This document shows, one piece after another, positions 47,401-52,504 of a stretch of DNA of 52,504 nt. Under the pieces are notes generated by a model. It had not been told where the DNA came from and did not search any database. It saw only the letters and a program-made list of their open reading frames with translations. The stretch lies in NCBI GenBank assembly GCA_002269645.1, contig NIVC01000935.1:1-52504 (forward strand), in the 5' to 3' direction. Numbering within the stretch: position 1 is the stretch's first letter; every line of letters begins with the position of its first letter. The stretch comes from Macrostomum lignano (Eukaryota). Both the position numbers and the translations under genes were made by a program.

Positions 47401-50400
47401 CTGTTTAACTCTGTGTCCTTGACTGTTTAACTCTGTGTCCTTGACTGTTTAACTCTGTGTCCTTGACTGTTTAACTCTGTGTCCTTGACTGTTTAACTCT
47501 GTGTCCTTGACTGTTTAACTCTGTGTCCTTGACTGTTTAACTCTGTGTCCTTGACTGTTTAACTCTGTGTCCTTGACTGTTTAACTCTGTGTCCTTGACT
47601 GTTTAACTCTGTGTCCTTGACTGTTTAACTCTGTGTCCTTGACTGTTTAACTCTGTGTCCTTGACTGTTTAACTCTGTGTCCTTGACTGTTTAACTCTGT
47701 GTCCTTGACTGTTTAACTCTGTGTCCTTGACTGTTTAACTCTGTGTCCTTGACTGTTTAACTCTGTGTCCTTGACTGTTTAACTCTGTGTCCTTGACTGT
47801 TTAACTCTGTGTCCTTGACTGTTTAACTCTGTGTCCTTGACTGTTTAACTCTGTGTCCTTGACTGTTTAACTCTGTGTCCTTGACTGTTTAACTCTGTGT
47901 CCTTGACTGTTTAACTCTGTGTCCTTGACTGTTTAACTCTGTGTCCTTGACTGTTTAACTCTGTGTCCTTGACTGTTTAACTCTGTGTCCTTGACTGTTT
48001 AACTCTGTGTCCTTGACTGTTTAACTCTGTGTCCTTGACTGTTTAACTCTGTGTCCTTGACTGTTTAACTCTGTGTCCTTGACTGTTTAACTCTGTGTCC
48101 TTGACTGTTTAACTCTGTGTCCTTGACTGTTTAACTCTGTGTCCTTGACTGTTTAACTCTGTGTCCTTGACTGTTTAACTCTGTGTCCTTGACTGTTTAA
48201 CTCTGTGTCCTTGACTGTTTAACTCTGTGTCCTTGACTGTTTAACTCTGTGTCCTTGACTGTTTAACTCCGTGTCCTTGACTGTTTAACTCTGTGTCCTT
48301 GACTGTTTAACTCTGTGTCCTTGACTGTTTAACTCTGTGTCCTTGACTGTTTAACTCTGTGTCCTTGACTGTTTAACTCTGTGTCCTTGACTGTTTAACT
48401 CTGTGTCCTTGACTGTTTAACTCTGTGTCCTTGACTGTTTAACTCTGTGTCCTTGACTGTTTAACTCTGTGTCCTTGACTGTTTAACTCTGTGTCCTTGA
48501 CTGTTTAACTCTGTGTCCTTGACTGTTTAACTCTGTGTCCTTGACTGTTTAACTCTGTGTCCTTGACTGTTTAACTCTGTGTCCTTGACTGTTTAACTCT
48601 GTGTCCTTGACTGTTTAACTCTGTGTCCTTGACTGTTTAACTCTGTGTCCTTGACTGTTTAACTCTGTGTCCTTGACTGTTTAACTCTGTGTCCTTGACT
48701 GTTTAACTCTGTGTCCTTGACTGTTTAACTCTGTGTCCTTGACTGTTTAACTCTGTGTCCTTGACTGTTTAACTCTGTGTCCTTGACTGTTTAACTCTGT
48801 GTCCTTGACTGTTTAACTCTGTGTCCTTGACTGTTTAACTCTGTGTCCTTGACTGTTTAACTCTGTGTCCTTGACTGTTTAACTCTGTGTCCTTGACTGT
48901 TTAACTCTGTGTCCTTGACTGTTTAACTCTGTGTCCTTGACTGTTTAACTCTGTGTCCTTGACTGTTTAACTCTGTGTCCTTGACTGTTTAACTCTGTGT
49001 CCTTGACTGTTTAACTCTGTGTCCTTGACTGTTTAACTCCGTGTCCTTGACTGTTTAACTCTGTGTCCTTGACTGTTTAACTCTGTGTCCTTGACTGTTT
49101 AACTCTGTGTCCTTGACTGTTTAACTCTGTGTCCTTGACTGTTTAACTCTGTGTCCTTGACTGTTTAACTCTGTGTCCTTGACTGTTTAACTCTGTGTCC
49201 TTGACTGTTTAACTCTGTGTCCTTGACTGTTTAACTCTGTGTCCTTGACTGTTTAACTCTGTGTCCTTGACTGTTTAACTCTGTGTCCTTGACTGTTTAA
49301 CTCTGTGTCCTTGACTGTTTAACTCTGTGTCCTTGACTGTTTAACTCTGTGTCCTTGACTGTTTAACTCTGTGTCCTTGACTGTTTAACTCTGTGTCCTT
49401 GACTGTTTAACTCTGTGTCCTTGACTGTTTAACTCTGTGTCCTTGACTGTTTAACTCTGTGTCCTTGACTGTTTAACTCTGTGTCCTTGACTGTTTAACT
49501 CTGTGTCCTTGACTGTTTAACTCTGTGTCCTTGACTGTTTAACTCTGTGTCCTTGACTGTTTAACTCCGTGTCCTTGACTGTTTAACTCTGTGTCCTTGA
49601 CTGTTTAACTCTGTGTCCTTGACTGTTTAACTCTGTGTCCTTGACTGTTTAACTCTGTGTCCTTGACTGTTTAACTCTGTGTCCTTGACTGTTTAACTCT
49701 GTGTCCTTGACTGTTTAACTCTGTGTCCTTGACTGTTTAACTCTGTGTCCTTGACTGTTTAACTCTGTGTCCTTGACTGTTTAACTCTGTGTCCTTGACT
49801 GTTTAACTCTGTGTCCTTGACTGTTTAACTCTGTGTCCTTGACTGTTTAACTCTGTGTCCTTGACTGTTTAACTCTGTGTCCTTGACTGTTTAACTCTGT
49901 GTCCTTGACTGTTTAACTCTGTGTCCTTGACTGTTTAACTCTGTGTCCTTGACTGTTTAACTCTGTGTCCTTGACTGTTTAACTCTGTGTCCTTGACTGT
50001 TTAACTCTGTGTCCTTGACTGTTTAACTCTGTGTCCTTGACTGTTTAACTCTGTGTCCTTGACTGTTTAACTCTGTGTCCTTGACTGTTTAACTCTGTGT
50101 CCTTGACTGTTTAACTCTGTGTCCTTGACTGTTTAACTCTGTGTCCTTGACTGTTTAACTCTGTGTCCTTGACTGTTTAACTCTGTGTCCTTGACTGTTT
50201 AACTCTGTGTCCTTGACTGTTTAACTCTGTGTCCTTGACTGTTTAACTCTGTGTCCTTGACTGTTTAACTCTGTGTCCTTGACTGTTTAACTCTGTGTCC
50301 TTGACTGTTTAACTCTGTGTCCTTGACTGTTTAACTCTGTGTCCTTGACTGTTTAACTCTGTGTCCTTGACTGTTTAACTCTGTGTCCTTGACTGTTTAA

Positions 50401-52125
50401 CTCTGTGTCCTTGACTGTTTAACTCTGTGTCCTTGACTGTTTAACTCTGTGTCCTTGACTGTTTAACTCTGTGTCCTTGACTGTTTAACTCTGTGTCCTT
50501 GACTGTTTAACTCTGTGTCCTTGACTGTTTAACTCTGTGTCCTTGACTGTTTAACTCTGTGTCCTTGACTGTTTAACTCTGTGTCCTTGACTGTTTAACT
50601 CTGTGTCCTTGACTGTTTAACTCTGTGTCCTTGACTGTTTAACTCTGTGTCCTTGACTGTTTAACTCTGTGTCCTTGACTGTTTAACTCTGTGTCCTTGA
50701 CTGTTTAACTCTGTGTCCTTGACTGTTTAACTCTGTGTCCTTGACTGTTTAACTCTGTGTCCTTGACTGTTTAACTCTGTGTCCTTGACTGTTTAACTCT
50801 GTGTCCTTGACTGTTTAACTCTGTGTCCTTGACTGTTTAACTCTGTGTCCTTGACTGTTTAACTCTGTGTCCTTGACTGTTTAACTCTGTGTCCTTGACT
50901 GTTTAACTCTGTGTCCTTGACTGTTTAACTCTGTGTCCTTGACTGTTTAACTCTGTGTCCTTGACTGTTTAACTCTGTGTCCTTGACTGTTTAACTCTGT
51001 GTCCTTGACTGTTTAACTCTGTGTCCTTGACTGTTTAACTCTGTGTCCTTGACTGTTTAACTCTGTGTCCTTGACTGTTTAACTCTGTGTCCTTGACTGT
51101 TTAACTCTGTGTCCTTGACTGTTTAACTCTGTGTCCTTGACTGTTTAACTCTGTGTCCTTGACTGTTTAACTCTGTGTCCTTGACTGTTTAACTCTGTGT
51201 CCTTGACTGTTTAACTCTGTGTCCTTGACTGTTTAACTCTGTGTCCTTGACTGTTTAACTCTGTGTCCTTGACTGTTTAACTCTGTGTCCTTGACTGTTT
51301 AACTCTGTGTCCTTGACTGTTTAACTCTGTGTCCTTGACTGTTTAACTCTGTGTCCTTGACTGTTTAACTCTGTGTCCTTGACTGTTTAACTCTGTGTCC
51401 TTGACTGTTTAACTCTGTGTCCTTGACTGTTTAACTCTGTGTCCTTGACTGTTTAACTCTGTGTCCTTGACTGTTTAACTCTGTGTCCTTGACTGTTTAA
51501 CTCTGTGTCCTTGACTGTTTAACTCCGTGTCCTTGACTGTTTAACTCTGTGTCCTTGACTGTTTAACTTGTGTCCTTGACTGTTTAACTCCGTGTCCTTG
51601 ACTGTTTAACTCTGTGTCCTTGACTGTTTAACTCTGTGTCCTTGACTGTTTAACTCCGTGTCCTTGACTGTTTAACTCTGTGTCCTTGACTGTTTAACTC
51701 TGTGTCCTTGACTGTTTAACTCCGTGTCCTTGACTGTTTAACTCTGTGTCCTTGACTGTTTAACTCTGTGTCCTTGACTGTTTAACTCCGTGTCCTTGAC
51801 TGTTTAACTCTGTGTCCTTGACTGTTTAACTCCGTGTCCTTGACTGTTTAACTCGTGTCCTTGACTGTTTAACTCTGTGTCCTTGACTGTTTAACTCTGT
51901 GTCCTTGACTGTTTAACTCTGTGTCCTTGACTGTTTAACTCTGTGTCCTTGACTGTTTAACTCCGTGTCCTTGACTGTTTAACTCTGTGTCCTTGACTGT
52001 TTAACTCTGTGTCCTTGACTGTTTAACTCTGTGTCCTTGACTGTTTAACTCCGTGTCCTTGACTGTTTAACTCTGTGTCCTTGACTGTTTAACTCTGTGT
52101 CCTTGACTGTTTAACTTTGTGTCCT
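41425..52125. repeat. ~10.7-kb homogeneous 22-bp satellite (GTCCTTGACTGTTTAACTCTGT), ~485 copies, in the upstream NCS intron
   Basis: Near-invariant unit. The CTCCGT and 1-nt-deletion variants are concentrated toward the ends of the array. Confidence 0.99.
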
Positions 52126-52504
52126 CAAAGAGCCACTGTAGTAAATAATTTTCAAATAACATTTTGTTGCTCCATCCATTATTTCTCCGGTATCTGTGAG
52201 TCCCATCTCAGGGCTTCCTAATTAATAAAATTGTACGGCCGATCTCGCAGTCAGCTGAAGTCTCCCTGCGAGTAAGGCTGTGATGCCGCCCACAGTCATT
52301 TAGATGAAGTGCGCTGGAATAAGTGCACTCTCGACCTTCCAGACTCGCTCTCGGCTCTCGCCACCGGCGTCCCCACAGTTTTAGGATTAGTCTCTTGATA
52401 TATCCGCATTTACTAAATTATTCTATCTGATAGGATGCACTAATACTACTGATAGAAACTACTGTACCCTAGCTAGCCTGCGGCACAGCAGCCATCAATC
52501 AATT

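Overview
Eukaryotic (metazoan) genomic DNA with spliceosomal introns, not a prokaryotic region. GC-rich, Q-rich exons, introns filled with minisatellites and TTAGGG-like repeats suggest the flatworm Macrostomum lignano or a relative; this is inference from sequence style only. Seven genes were reconstructed by hand with phase-consistent splice sites: a DNase I-family gene whose 5' exons lie outside the window (+), TDRD3 (-), an LSM12-like gene (-), RPL34 (-), a GGACT/AIG2-like cyclotransferase (+), an unrecognised Cys-rich secreted protein with a degraded downstream copy (+), and a neurocalcin/NCS-2-like EF-hand gene whose first exon lies outside the window (-). Mobile DNA comprises a frameshifted PGBD4-like piggyBac, two non-autonomous DNA elements with exact 8-bp TSDs, a palindromic MITE-like repeat in two copies, and two RTE-like LINE fragments. 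About 40% of the window is tandem repeat, including a ~10.7 kb 22-bp satellite inside an intron. I found no CRISPR array, rRNA or tRNA. The best leads are a candidate RPL34-LSM12-TDRD3 operon, a 16-aa RG-containing repeat with a frameshift in TDRD3, a DNase I with an extra C-terminal exon, an orphan secreted protein, and minisatellites crowding 3' splice sites. None is proven novel from sequence alone.
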